Below are positions 12,475-23,730 of a stretch of 64,000 nt of DNA, piece after piece. This DNA is from an uncultured Planctomycetota bacterium (lineage in GTDB: Bacteria; Planctomycetota; Planctomycetia; Isosphaerales; Isosphaeraceae): the NCBI GenBank assembly GCA_963845755.1, contig CAWJTV010000011.1, forward strand, positions 1,184,001 to 1,248,000, written 5' to 3'. The notes below the pieces were generated by a model. It did not search any database and was not told the origin of the DNA. It worked only from the letters and a program-made list of their open reading frames with translations. How positions within the stretch are numbered: the stretch's first letter is position 1; every line of letters starts with the position of its first letter. Made by a program: the position numbers and the translations under genes.

Positions 12475-13407
12475 TTGAGAACAGTTATCACCGGAGGAGC
12501 GGGATTCATCGGGTCGCACCTGTGCGAGCGGTTCCTCGGCGACGGACACGAGGTGATCTGCGTCGATAACCTGCTGACCGGCAACCCCCGCAATATCGAG
12601 CATCTCCGGGACCAGCCACGGTTCCGGTTCGTCGAACATAATGTCTCCGAGCCGATCGAACTCGATGGCTCGGTGGATCATGTCTTGCATTTCGCCAGCC
12701 CGGCCAGCCCCGTCGATTACCTGACGCATCCGATTCCCACGCTCAAGGTCGGGTCGCTCGGCACCCACAATGCCCTGGGCCTGGCCAAGGCCAAGGACGC
12801 CCGGTTCCTGCTCGCCAGCACGTCGGAGGTCTACGGGGATCCCGAGGTCCACCCCCAGCGCGAGGATTACTGGGGCCACGTCAACCCGATCGGTCCCCGG
12901 GGCTGCTACGACGAGGCCAAGCGGTTCGCCGAGGCGATCACGATGGCCTATCATCGCTACCATGGAGTGAAGACGCGAATCGTCCGCATCTTCAACACGT
13001 ACGGCCCGCGCATGCGGCTCAACGACGGCCGCGTGCTCCCCAACTTCATGGGACAGGCCCTCCGCGGCGAGCCGATCACCGTCTACGGCCACGGCGAACA
13101 GACCCGCAGCTTCTGCTACGTCTCCGACCTGGTCGAGGGGATCGTCCGGCTTTTGAACACCGACTTCTCGGAGCCGGTCAACCTGGGCAACCCCGCCGAG
13201 ATCACCGTCTTGCAGCTCGCCCAGGAGATCATCGCCCTGGTCGAGGGGACCAAGAGCACGATCATCTACGAGGACCTGCCCCAGGACGACCCGAAACGGC
13301 GAAAGCCCGACATCACCCGCGCCCAGAAGCTCCTGGGCTGGCAGCCGACCGTCGATCGCTCCGACGGCCTGAAACGCTCCCTGGAATACTTCCGGGGGAT
13401 CGTCTGA
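12475..13407 (+). CDS. UDP-glucuronic acid decarboxylase family (UXS-like) SDR
   Basis: [65 protein letters not shown] and TTG start. Confidence 0.93.
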   Translation: MRTVITGGAGFIGSHLCERFLGDGHEVICVDNLLTGNPRNIEHLRDQPRFRFVEHNVSEPIELDGSVDHVLHFASPASPVDYLTHPIPTLKVGSLGTHNALGLAKAKDARFLLASTSEVYGDPEVHPQREDYWGHVNPIGPRGCYDEAKRFAEAITMAYHRYHGVKTRIVRIFNTYGPRMRLNDGRVLPNFMGQALRGEPITVYGHGEQTRSFCYVSDLVEGIVRLLNTDFSEPVNLGNPAEITVLQLAQEIIALVEGTKSTIIYEDLPQDDPKRRKPDITRAQKLLGWQPTVDRSDGLKRSLEYFRGIV

Positions 13408-13718
13408 TCCATGGGGGCGGCCCGTTCGACGCGCGTCCGGTCTCCTTCGAGTTCGACCCCCGGGTCGGGAGGATGGTACAATCAGGCCAGGCCGCGCGGC
13501 TGGCACGTGACGAATGAGCTCGGGAGGATCGATCATGAAGGGCATCGAGCTCGACTCATCGACATCATTGCCGTCCGTCATCGCAAGGAAGCGTATGACG
13601 AAGTCGGCGCCAAACCATAACTTCCGCATTCGCGAGCGCGGCATGGCCTGGAGGCTTCGCCACGCGGGCTCGACCCCCGCCATTCACCGGCCGCCCATCG
13701 ATCAGTAGCCGCGCCGGA

Positions 13719-14429
13719 TCAGTGAACGAAGTTCATGACCTGGCTGTCGAAATAAATCGCGAAGTTGCCCGGTCCGGCCTGGTTGCTGAGGGTCTTCGCG
13801 TCGTTCGACAGGGCCGCGTGCAGCCTCGGCGTGAGGCCGATAGCCTGGGCGATCGCGCGCATTTGATCGATCGTGTCCTGGGCGAGCTGCTTCCCATCCG
13901 GCACCTGGGCGACGGACCGATCCAGCATGGGCTGAATGTTCTTCACGATGCTTGGGTCGTGGTTGGGGTTGAACGGCCGTGGCTGTCCGTTGCTCGGGTA
14001 CACGAACAGGTACAGGCGTTCGGTGGCGACGTGAGCGGGGAGGGCCTGGAAGGCGTTATCGAGAAAGCTGCGGAACATGCCCAATTCATTCGCCGCGACG
14101 CTCGGGCTGAGCCCGGGCGGTATGGCCGCCTGGTCGATGGCTGCCTCGTCCTGGGCGAGCGCGTTGACCTGGGCCTGGGTGACGTGCGAGCGGCTCTCGG
14201 CCTCGGCCAGGTCGCTCTGGAACTTCGCGAATCCCTTGGGATCGGCGGCCTCGAGCGCCGCCGCGGCGTTGGCCGCCACGCTGGCCGACGGCATCGGCAG
14301 CGCGGCCACGGTCGAGAGGAGCTGCCGGTCGTCGAGCGGCTCGCAGACGGGCTTCAGACGATTGACGCCCCGTCTCGCGCAGGGACGTCGCCGGCAGACA
14401 TCTCCGTTGATTATCGTATGCGTCGTCAT
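13719..14429 (-). CDS. Planctomycete exported protein, family A copy 1 (LExR-xLL-type leader)
   Basis: Arg-rich N-terminus then CEPLDDRQLLS; GGAGG RBS; paralogous to the genes starting at 22598 and 23730. Confidence 0.75.
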   Translation of the reverse strand: MTTHTIINGDVCRRRPCARRGVNRLKPVCEPLDDRQLLSTVAALPMPSASVAANAAAALEAADPKGFAKFQSDLAEAESRSHVTQAQVNALAQDEAAIDQAAIPPGLSPSVAANELGMFRSFLDNAFQALPAHVATERLYLFVYPSNGQPRPFNPNHDPSIVKNIQPMLDRSVAQVPDGKQLAQDTIDQMRAIAQAIGLTPRLHAALSNDAKTLSNQAGPGNFAIYFDSQVMNFVH

Positions 14430-14527
14430 CTCACCTCCCTGGGCTAGAGGGTCCGGCAATTATCTGCCGGACGGAATTGCGAGGATCAACGTCCCCGCGG
14501 CGATCGCATCTCCATCAGATCGTCAGG

Positions 14528-15703
14528 TCACTGGCCGGCATGGAAGGTCAAGGTGAGGCTCCCCTCGGCGGCCGACGGGTCCACCGCGCCCCCGGTCACG
14601 GTGCCCTCGACCGACTGATCGGCGAGGGTCAGGTTGACGTCGACCGTCCCGGTCCCCTCGGCGTCGCGATAGACTCCCGTCCCGCCATGGACCTTGTAAG
14701 TCAGGGCGACGGACGACGTCAGGTCGCTGAACGGCACCGCGGTATCGGCGGGACCGTGAACGACCAGCTCGACACGGCCGTTTGGCGTGTTGATGTCGAG
14801 CGTGCCGCCGGTGTTCCGGATCGACACATTCGAGATCGCCGAGATAATGCCCCCCACCGTCGGGTTGTTGGCCGGGGCGTTCGGAATGCCCTGCTGTGCG
14901 GCCCTGGTGAAGTCGAGCGCCCAGTTGTGCGGGCTGTTGGCGCTGGGTTCCAAAGGCGCGCCGTCCTGCGGGTCGAAGGTGATGGTCCCGCTCTCGGGCA
15001 GCAGGACGGGCGCCTCCGCGGTGCCGCCGATCGAGACCTGCCTGCCGCTGAGCGACACGTCGAGGCCCGTTCCCGGGGCCGTGGCCGGCTGGATGGAGGT
15101 GAAGAGTGCGGCGGGGCCAGCATTCGGCACGGGCACCACCTGGATGGAACGGACGGCGAATCCCTGATTGAGCGCAACGATCAGGCCGTTGCCGGCACCG
15201 GCTTGTAAGACGGTCGTGCGCAGGGTCATCGCATGCGGCGGTTCGGAGAAAAACGCGCCGGGACCTCCGAGCGTGTCGCCCGCGGCGAAGGCCGTGACCT
15301 GGGAATCCAGCCCGCGGTCGCGCGAGGCCGCCGGGGTGACGGTCACGTCGTACGTGCCCGGGGGCACGTCGAGCTCGAAATCGCCGCTCCGGCCGGTCGC
15401 CACGCCGTCCCGGATCGTGATCTTGCCCGGATTCGAGAGCCAACCGTAACCGAGCCCCGCGGAATACGATGCGTCCGGGAGCACGAGCGTCCCGGCCGAG
15501 GCCGTCGCCTCACCGAATCGCACCGTCAACGTCGGCGTGAGTCCTTGCCGAGCCTGCTCACCGAACGCCGCCAGCGCCGCGAGATTGCTCGCCGGGGCAC
15601 CGGCAGACGCCACTGCGGCGGACGCCGCGCCCGACCCGCTCAGCACCACGCGTTCTTCCAACCCCAGGCTGTCGGGCCGGACCCTGCGACGACGTCTCGT
15701 CAT
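14528..15703 (-). CDS. Planctomycete exported beta-rich protein, family B (LExR-xLL-type leader)
   Basis: MTRRRRRVRPDSLGLEERVVLS; YSAGLGYGW and DVPPGTYDVTVT resemble carbohydrate-binding beta-sandwich segments. Confidence 0.75.
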   Translation of the reverse strand: MTRRRRRVRPDSLGLEERVVLSGSGAASAAVASAGAPASNLAALAAFGEQARQGLTPTLTVRFGEATASAGTLVLPDASYSAGLGYGWLSNPGKITIRDGVATGRSGDFELDVPPGTYDVTVTPAASRDRGLDSQVTAFAAGDTLGGPGAFFSEPPHAMTLRTTVLQAGAGNGLIVALNQGFAVRSIQVVPVPNAGPAALFTSIQPATAPGTGLDVSLSGRQVSIGGTAEAPVLLPESGTITFDPQDGAPLEPSANSPHNWALDFTRAAQQGIPNAPANNPTVGGIISAISNVSIRNTGGTLDINTPNGRVELVVHGPADTAVPFSDLTSSVALTYKVHGGTGVYRDAEGTGTVDVNLTLADQSVEGTVTGGAVDPSAAEGSLTLTFHAGQ

Positions 15704-15745
15704 CCCTGACTCCTTTCCCGAGCATCCAACCTCAGGGTTAAGCGC

Positions 15746-18719
15746 TCACCTGGATCGATTGCCACGTAAGATCGAGCCTCGCGATTCGACGGCGACCGTC
15801 CCGCGGCCGACGATCCGGGCCACGTCCCACACCAGGGCCGTGGCGTCCTCGCTGGCCGAGACCAGCCGCCGGCCGTCGGGGGAGAAGGCCAGAGCGGTGA
15901 GGGACGAGCAATGCGCCGGGACACGGCCAATTTCCTGGCGCACCGCCACGTCCCAGAGCCGGATCGCCAGCTCCCGCCCTGGCAAGCGGCCTGGACTGAT
16001 ATCGACGCCCGTGGCGAGGATCGTGCCGTCGGGCGAGAACGCCAGGGCTTTGAGCCGGTTCTTGGGTCCGTCGATGTGGGCGAGCACGCGGCCCGAGGCG
16101 ACCTCCAGCAGGAAGATCAGGCCGTCGCGGGTGCTGCTGACCGCCACGAGCTTGCCGTCATGCGAATACGCGAGCTGGGCGCCGGTCGTGCTGAAGCCGT
16201 CGATCGGCCCCTTGTTGGGCAGCGCGACCCGGCGCGTCTCCTTCGCGGTGGCCACATCCCAGAACCGGACCCAGTCGCCGCCGACGGTGGCCACCGACTT
16301 TCCGTCGGGCGCGAACCGCAGCGCCTTGACCAGCGCGGGGCCGGGCCGCGACTGCGCCACGCCGTCCCTCCGCGTGCCGGTGGCCGTATCCCAGAAGATC
16401 ACGCCGTCGTTCGCCGAGGCGGCCAGCGTCGTGCCGTCTGGCGCGAGCTCGGCGCAGGAGACAAATCGATTATCGAGCTTACCGGGCAATTGGAACCGGC
16501 GCAGCTCGCGACCGGAGGCCACGTCCCAGAGCCGGGTGGACTCGAAACCGTAGCCGGTCGCCAGGGTCTTGCCATCGGCCGAGAACGACGCGAACCCGAG
16601 GCCATCGCCGCTTTTCGCGAACTGGCGGATTTCCCTGCCGGTCGCCGGGTCCCAGAAGCGGATCGTCCGGTCCTGGCCGACGGTCACGATCGATCGGCCA
16701 TCGGGCGCGAAGGCTGCGTCGCGGATCGATGAGCGATGGCCCGATTGGGGCTCGAGTTCCCGATGGCTGGCCACGTCCCAGAGCCGGAGGACGTGCCCGC
16801 CCGCCGTGGCTAGGGTCCCGCCATCGGGCGAGAACGTGCAGGCGAGCGAGCCGTAGTCCGTCTCCCAACGGCCCAGCTCCCGCCCCGTGGCCGTCTCCCA
16901 GACCTGGATCGGCCCGATCAAGGGCAGGCTCTCGCCGGGGGTCGGGAAATCGGGGCCGACCGCTTCCGTGGCCGCCAGCTTCCTGCCGTCGCGCGAGAAC
17001 GCGAGGCCCTGCGGCTCCGCGTCGCCCGTTCCGAATCGGCGGATTTCCTGGCCCGTGGCAACGTCCCAGAGCCGGACCGTCTTGTCGGTCGCCGATGTGG
17101 CCAGGGTGTTCCCGTCGGGCGCGAGCACGGCCCGGTTGACTCGCGTGTTGCCCATCGCGATGCGGCGGACCTCTTTCCCAGTGGCGACGTCCCAGAGATG
17201 GATCGCGCTCTCCTCCGACTGCGGCGCTGGCGGGGTGCGTCGGCCTGGCCGGGGTCGCTCCGGTCTTTGCTCGAACGCGACGGAGATCAAGATCTTCCCA
17301 TCGGGCACGAACGCCAGCGCCACCGCCGACGGCGGGCAATCGATGTGCCGGATCACCCGTCCCGAGGCAACGTCCCAGAGGGTGATGACTTCCTTCTGAT
17401 TTTCGTCGTAATGGCCCGCCGCGAACCTCTGTCCGTCCGTTGAGAAGGCCAGGCAGTGCGGCGGGCCTTTGCCCGCGAATTGCCGGATCAAGCGGCCGGT
17501 CGTTACGTCATACAGGCCCGTCCCGAAATCGGCCTGCACGGCCAGCGAACGGCCGTCGGGGGCATAAGCGAACTGGACCGACCCGTTGCCGTGGCCCACC
17601 CCGGTCTCGACGTGTTGTCGGAGTCGTCCCGTCGCGGGATCCCAGAGGTGCAGGCGCCGTCGAACGAGGCCAGCGTCCTACCATCAGGGGAGTAGCTCAC
17701 GTGGGTCACGCCGTTTTCGTGCAGGAAGCGCGTGGAACCCAGGCGAGCCAGGGCGCCATCGGGAAGCGGGTCGCCGAGCAGGTCGGTCGGCGCCGGCGGG
17801 CGCACAGGCTGGATCTTCACGATGGGTGTTCGCTCTCCGGAGAGCTTCGTTTTGCCTCGATAGACGAGCAGGGCCGCGCCGCTGGCGACGACCGCGATCA
17901 GCACCAGGGGCGCTGCCCACTGGACCAATCGCGTGAGGGCCATTTTTCGGAGCACGGCCTGAAGCAAAAGCGCCGCGGTGCGCGACAAGGCCCCGGCCGC
18001 CGCGGAGCCGATTGCGGCCTTGATCGTGGCTTCTCGCAAGGCGGCTGGGATCGCCGCGGTCGCCGTTTCGCGGAGCGAATCGACGGCAACGATTCCAGCG
18101 GAAAGGGCCAGCCCGCGACGGGTCAGCCGGGTGCGCAGGAGGTCCCGCGCCCGAGCAATCCGGCCGCGGACCGTCCCCACCGGCCAGCCCAGCTCGCAGG
18201 CGGCCTGGTCCTGGGTCATCCCCTCGAGGTAGCAGAGCACGATTCACGCCCGGTATTTGGCGGGCAATCGGGCGATCTCCTCATGGAGCACGGGCGAGAG
18301 ATCCGAGGAATCTCCCGCGGGTTCGCCCGACATCGCCACCACCTCCGCCGCCCGCGATTCATGCGCGCGGCGCCGCCTGGCCGCGGTCCTGGCTTTCAGG
18401 GCCACGCGATGGGCCACGCCGTGCAGCCAGCTCCCAATCGATTTCTGCTTTCGGATCGACCCGGCCTTGCGGGCCAGCACCAGGAAGGTCACCTGAAAGG
18501 CATCCTCGGCATCGTGGTCGTCCTGGAGGACGCTCCGGCAGACGCGCAGGACCATCGGCCCGTGGCGATCCACCAGGCGCGGAAGGCCGCCTCGCCGGCT
18601 TCCTCGCGCCCGGCGACGAACCGCTCCAGCAACGGGGCGTCCGACAGCCCCCCGAGAGTCCCGATCTGGAACAGCGCCTCGAGCTGTCTGGAGAGGTCGC
18701 CCGATCGTCCACTCGCCAT
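15746..18719 (-). CDS. ECF sigma-70 factor fused via TM helix to a WD40 beta-propeller; ~3 frameshifts (~18578, ~18246, ~17652)
   Basis: SDAPLLERF, RHGPMVLRVCR, DAEDAFQVTFLVL, LCYLEGMTQDQAA...GTVRGRIARAR; DLLGDPLPDGALARLGS; many LWD/AFSPDG repeats. Confidence 0.9.
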
Positions 18720-18935
18720 GCCGCCGTCACTCCGTTGACGAAGCCTGAACACCTCGTTCTGGCCAGAGTAGTGCCCGTCCAGAGTGCCAACTATACACTT
18801 TCTTCGGAATTCGGGCTTGATTGAGATTGCAATCGCTCGGGCTGGGATCACTTCGAACCGATGGTGATTACTCAAACCCAGGAGTTCCAAAGGTGTTCGG
18901 ACGAACGGTCCCCCTCATGCTTCAAATTTCCCATC

Positions 18936-20504
18936 TCACTCGATGGCGAATGTCGCCTTGCCGGAAACCTTGGGATCATTGGCCTGGGTAACCTGGATGC
19001 TCTCGGCGCCGGCCTTTTCGAAGGTGACCGCGTTCACGAAGATGTGCGATCCCTGATCGGCCGGCGTGAACGTGTACGACTGAGGCGTGAACTTCGCGAA
19101 TCCCGGGGCGTCGGCCGGCGGCTCGGCGATCTTGAGGCTGGCATACACCGAGGCCGGGTAATTCGTCCGGGAATCGGTGGGGCTGGTGATCGCGACCGTG
19201 CCGGTGTAATTGGTCAGGGGTTGCCCCTGGGCGTCGAGCGCCGTGACCTGAAAGCTCAACGGCTCACCCGGCTGACCGTCAGGGACCACGGGCGTCACTC
19301 GGAACGAAGCGGTCGTCAACGGCGTGACCGTGATGGTGATGGGAGCCGAAGTGCTCCTGGCGAAACGGTTGGTGTTCGGTTGGTAGACGGCCTGGATCCG
19401 ATAGTTGCCGGCCTTTTGCAACTGATTGTTCGTGAAACTGACCGGCTGGTCGAACGCATTGACCGCGGCCTTGCCCAGCACGATGGAGTGGGGAGACACT
19501 GTCGTCAACTCCACGGTCCCGCCGGCCAGGCTGCTGTTGGCGTTCTGGACGGTCGCGCTCAGCGTGACGCCCTCTCCCGTTTCGAGGCTGTTGGTCGAAG
19601 CCTGGAGGCTGGTGACGGTGGGGGCGTTCTGCGTCCGGGGCGTGATTGTCACGGTCAGGGGAGCCGAGGTGCTGGCGGTGAAATCGGCGTTGGTGGGCAT
19701 GAATCGGGCGACGAGCCGGTAGGAACCGAGGTCCTTCAGTTTGTTGGTCAGGGTGGCGATTCGCGTCTTCCCGCTGGCCGTGCTCTGCTGGTTCGAAAGG
19801 CCGAAGATCGACTCGATGGCCGGGAGGATCGGGTTGGTCGAGGCCTTCGGCGGGTTGATGGCGGCTTCACCCAGAAGGATGTGATGAGAAGAATCGGTGT
19901 AGATCTGGACGATCCCACTGATGGGCAGCACTTTGCCGGCATCGACCTGGTTGCCCGAGCCCGCATCCTTCACGGTCGCGAGCAGCGGGATCCTCTGACC
20001 ACTCTCGGTGCTCGTGGCCCCGGATTCGAGCGTGATGACGGTAGGGACATGGAGCGGCTGCGGGATCACCTTCACGGTGACGGGGCTTGCCGCGCTCGCG
20101 GAGACCCCGGCATTGCTTGGGGCGTACTCGGCCTTGATCTGGTAATTGGCGAGCTTGGTGAGCTGGTCGGTCGAAATGCTGGCGCGGCCCTGTGGGTTCA
20201 CTCCAGTGACGCCCAGCACCATCCGCTGGGCTGCCTCGACCACGAAGGTGACCTTGCCCGAAGAGATCGGAGCGTCGTTCGCGGCGTTCTCCACACTCGC
20301 GGTGAATGTGACGTTCGCGCCCGTCACGGCGGTGGGTAATGACGTCTGCAAACTTGTGATGGAGGCCACCTTCGCGTGGGACGCCGCGGGCGCGGCCCCC
20401 GTCACGCTGAGCAGGGTCCGTCCTTCGAGGAGTTCCAGGTCATGCCGCGCGGGCGCCGGGCGTCGATGCGAGTTTCGGCTCCAGAATCGCGCAAGAGACG
20501 ACAT
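18936..20504 (-). CDS. Exported Ig-like (Big_3-type) repeat protein with LExR-xLL leader
   Basis: LELLEGRTLLS; three T-rich beta-sandwich repeats ending YxIxAxYxP...S(T)SAP; RBS GGAGGGAG. Confidence 0.8.
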   Translation of the reverse strand: MSSLARFWSRNSHRRPAPARHDLELLEGRTLLSVTGAAPAASHAKVASITSLQTSLPTAVTGANVTFTASVENAANDAPISSGKVTFVVEAAQRMVLGVTGVNPQGRASISTDQLTKLANYQIKAEYAPSNAGVSASAASPVTVKVIPQPLHVPTVITLESGATSTESGQRIPLLATVKDAGSGNQVDAGKVLPISGIVQIYTDSSHHILLGEAAINPPKASTNPILPAIESIFGLSNQQSTASGKTRIATLTNKLKDLGSYRLVARFMPTNADFTASTSAPLTVTITPRTQNAPTVTSLQASTNSLETGEGVTLSATVQNANSSLAGGTVELTTVSPHSIVLGKAAVNAFDQPVSFTNNQLQKAGNYRIQAVYQPNTNRFARSTSAPITITVTPLTTASFRVTPVVPDGQPGEPLSFQVTALDAQGQPLTNYTGTVAITSPTDSRTNYPASVYASLKIAEPPADAPGFAKFTPQSYTFTPADQGSHIFVNAVTFEKAGAESIQVTQANDPKVSGKATFAIE

Positions 20505-20862
20505 CACTCCCTCCGCGGAATACGACGACGAGATCGGTGGCGCCCGGATGCCGGAACGTTTCGGTTCCATTCGTACGCACGACCGTGCCTCGCGGTTCGG
20601 AGGCTGCCGGTTCGACGAACACGGGTCGGTCGCGCGCGTTCCGCGTGCCAGGCAACGCGTCGGTAGTAGTGCCCGCCCGGACGGCAGCCACTACAACTTT
20701 CCCGCGGATTCGGAGAAGACGTTCCTCAGCCGTGGCCGGGAGCCCCGAAGCCGCGCGCTCGCGATGATGGCCTTGTCATCATCGCAAGGTCTGCGTATTC
20801 TCTGGAATGTTTGAGCCAGGAAACCAGGAGGGGCATCTCGGACCCGACATGGAGGTCACCCG

Positions 20863-21905
20863 ATGAGATGGCAACAGGTTCGCGCGCGGATCGGGCCGCG
20901 GCAAGAACGCGGCTTCACCTTGATCGAGCTGCTGGTCGCCGTGGCGATCATCGGCATCCTGATCGCGCTGTTGCTCCCCGCGGTACAAATGGCGCGCGAG
21001 GCGGCGCGGCGGCTCCAGTGCACCAATAACCTGAAGCAGCTCGGCCTGGCGGTGGCCGGGTATGAGTCGGTCAACGGCTGCCTGCCGCCCGGCTCGCTGC
21101 GCGCAGCTCGCCAGTGTACCTGTATGGTCCGGATGAGGACTTCAGCGTATTCGTACGCCTCCTCCCCATGTTGGAACAGCAGACCACCTACAACGCCACC
21201 AACTTCAGCCTGACGGCCTACGACATTCAGAACAGCACGCTCTGCGCAACGGGTATCGCAACGCTCTGGTGCCCGAGCGACTCTGGCATCACTACGACTC
21301 AAATCGGTTGGACGAGCGGCCCGGTCTGGGGCTCCAGTTACGCGGCCGTGTCGGGCCCGTGGGAGTGGGACGAGTTCTTCCTCGTTCCCGGCACGTTCGA
21401 CCAGATCATCCCTGGCCAGGTCCAGCGGATCGCCCAGCTCGGGCTGATCTACCCGCTCAGCTCGGTACGCCTGGCGCAGGTCACCGACGGCTTGAGCAAT
21501 ACGCTCGTTTTTGGCGAAACGGACTTCACCACCTGGTACACCCAGTGGACCGTGGGCGACGGCTACGACACCCTGGTCGGCACCACCGCGCCGCCGAACG
21601 TGAACGGGCCGGTCTTACCGGGCTGGCAGCCGATGAGCATGTACAGCCTCCATCCCGGCGGGGTCAACTGCACGTTCGGCGACGGCTCGGTCAAGTTCAT
21701 CAAGAATGCGATCGACTCCTGGCCGTACGACCCGAATCTGCAATGGACTCCCAGCCTGGGCTGGTCGCCGGTCTTCAACATCGCGTACGGCCCCTATACC
21801 ATCCCCGAACAGGTCCCTTACATCCTCCCCGGCGCGAAGGTCGGGGTCTGGCAGGCGCTCTCGACTCGCGGCGGAGGCGAATGCTTCAGCGCCGACGCGT
21901 ATTGA
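20863..21905 (+). CDS. DUF1559 prepilin-type protein (H-X9-DG C-terminus); frameshift ~21115
   Basis: [70 protein letters not shown]. Confidence 0.92.
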
Positions 21906-22598
21906 GCGTGCAGACCGGCCCAGCCGTGACACAATCGATCAATCCTTGAGAAAATCGTTCAACCTGGCCGTCGTAGTAGACGGCCAATGGATTGCGATCG
22001 GTCGCGCCGGGGCCCAGGTCGGTATTGGGGGTCGGGCCCTGTCGGTGTCGAATGACCGCCTGGTCGCGCGCGAGCGCGGACCCTAATTGCGGCGGGACAT
22101 GGGCCTCCCTGGCGATCACCTCCATCTGGGCGATCGACTGGCTGACGAATTGCTCCGCGCCGGGCGCGGAGGAGATGTAACTCGTCAAGAGTGCCCGCTG
22201 GCCGCGGGCCCAACGCGCAAGATCGGCGGTGTTCCCCGTGAACGCCGTATCGACCACGTCCTCCACCTCGTTCATGGCGCCTCGCGCGGATCCGTACCGA
22301 GGTTGGCGGAGTCGATCGCCTGATCGATGTCCGCCTCGTCCTGGGCCAGCGCGCTGACCGCAGCCTGGGTGACCTGCGAGTGACTCTCGGCTTTCGCCAG
22401 GTCGCTCTGGAACTTCGCGAACGTCAAGGGAACCATGGCGTTTAGGTCCGTCGCGGCGTTCGCCACCGCGGTGGCCGGCGGTGTCGCGAGCGCGACCGCC
22501 GGCACCGTTGACAGGAGCTGCCGGCCGTCGAGCGGCTCGCACGCGGGGCTCAATTTGGTCCGCGACCTTCGTCGTCCGTTTCGCGTTGAACGATCCAT
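21886..22598 (-). CDS. Exported protein, family A copy 2; frameshift ~22285; true stop may be ~21939
   Basis: CEPLDGRQLLS; FAKFQSDLAKAESHS; ALAQDE; TDLGPGATDRNPLAVYYDGQ. Confidence 0.7.
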
Positions 22599-22615
22599 CG
22601 TCTCACCTCGGTCTC

Positions 22616-22690
22616 GTAGGTCAGGTTTTCCAGCCTGACAAAAGACGGGCGTCAGGCTGGAAAGCCTGACCGACTTAAAGCCTGACCTAC
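22616..22690. repeat. GTAG-type REP doublet plus partial third copy
   Basis: GTAGGTCAGGTTTTCCAGCCTGAC (22616-22639) inverted with GTCAGGCTGGAAAGCCTGACCGAC (22651-22674); partial AAAGCCTGACCTAC. Confidence 0.75.
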
Positions 22691-22932
22691 TGGAAGCTCA
22701 GGGTGACCGTGCCGGCGACATCCGCCGGCTCCAGCACGCCGTAGTTCACGATGCCTTCGATCGATTCGCCGGTCGGCGTGAAGGTCATGGTGACGGTTCC
22801 GCTTCCCGTGGCCCCGCGATACGCCCCGGGCCCGGCGCGCACCGTGTAATTGAAGTTGGCGACCGCGCTCAAGACCACTCGCCCCTCCGGGGCCTCGAGC
22901 GACCGGGGCCCGAACCCGCGCCGACGGTTCAA
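22687..22932 (-). CDS. Short, internally deleted paralog of the family B protein
   Basis: Leader LEAPEGRVVLS joined directly to a segment matching the C-terminal ~60 aa of 14528..15703. Confidence 0.6.
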   Translation of the reverse strand: MNRRRGFGPRSLEAPEGRVVLSAVANFNYTVRAGPGAYRGATGSGTVTMTFTPTGESIEGIVNYGVLEPADVAGTVTLSFQ

Positions 22933-23037
22933 CGTTCTTGCTCCCAGTACGAACCGGATGAAAAGGCTGACGCGACGGTTGAGTTGAGGTGGAAGCGAGT
23001 GGAGCAGCGCGCCGTCGCATCCGACGAGATGGCACCA

Positions 23038-23730
23038 TCATTTCACGAAGTTGACGGCCTGCCCGTTAAAGTACACTTCCAGCGGATCGCGATTGGTGGC
23101 TCCGGGGCCGAGATCCGTATCGGGCTTCGGCCCCAAGGCGGTCTCCAGGAGGGACCAGTCTGTTGAAAGGGCGTCGTGCAGTTGCGGTGAGACCCTGGCC
23201 GCCCGGGCAACCACCTGCATCTGCGCGATCGTCTCATGGACGAGCTGAGTCCCGCCTGGCACGCCGGTGACGTAGGCGTCTAGAGACGCCCGTTTGCTGG
23301 CCACCTCGGACGGCGTGTCCTTGAGCGCGTCGTTGACCACGTCCTGGAGATTGAGATTGCCCAGCGAGGTCTGGGGATGAAGACCGGCGGACTGGATCAT
23401 CTGGTTCAGGGCCACCTCGTCCTGGGCGAGCGCGTTGATCTGGGCGGCGCTCACGCGCGAGTGACTCTCCGCTTTCGCCAGGTCGTTCTCGAAGTGGGCG
23501 AAAGCCGTCGGCTGGAGGGAATCCAGGATCGCGGCGGCATTCGCCACCGCGGCGGACGGAGGAGCCAGGCTGCCGAGCGCCGTGGCCGATACAACAGCCG
23601 TCAAGAGCTGCCGGCCGTCGAGCGACTCGCACTCGGGGCGAAGCGTCATCCGCGGTCGTCGCCGCGCGCTCCGTGTGATGCTGGCCTCGCCATTCCCAAA
23701 CGGGGCGCCCTGCCGCCGCGAACGATCCAT
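23038..23730 (-). CDS. Exported protein, family A copy 3
   Basis: CESLDGRQLLT; FAHFENDLAKAESHS; ALAQDE; TDLGPGATNRDPLEVYFNGQAVNFVK; GGAGG RBS. Confidence 0.75.
   Translation of the reverse strand: MDRSRRQGAPFGNGEASITRSARRRPRMTLRPECESLDGRQLLTAVVSATALGSLAPPSAAVANAAAILDSLQPTAFAHFENDLAKAESHSRVSAAQINALAQDEVALNQMIQSAGLHPQTSLGNLNLQDVVNDALKDTPSEVASKRASLDAYVTGVPGGTQLVHETIAQMQVVARAARVSPQLHDALSTDWSLLETALGPKPDTDLGPGATNRDPLEVYFNGQAVNFVK

Noticed and set aside
13650..13690. T-arm-like hairpin GCGGG-CTCGACC-CCCGC followed by CATTCACC (tRNA or tmRNA 3' end?)
   Set aside because: The loop lacks TTC, and no matching acceptor-stem 5' strand or cloverleaf could be built
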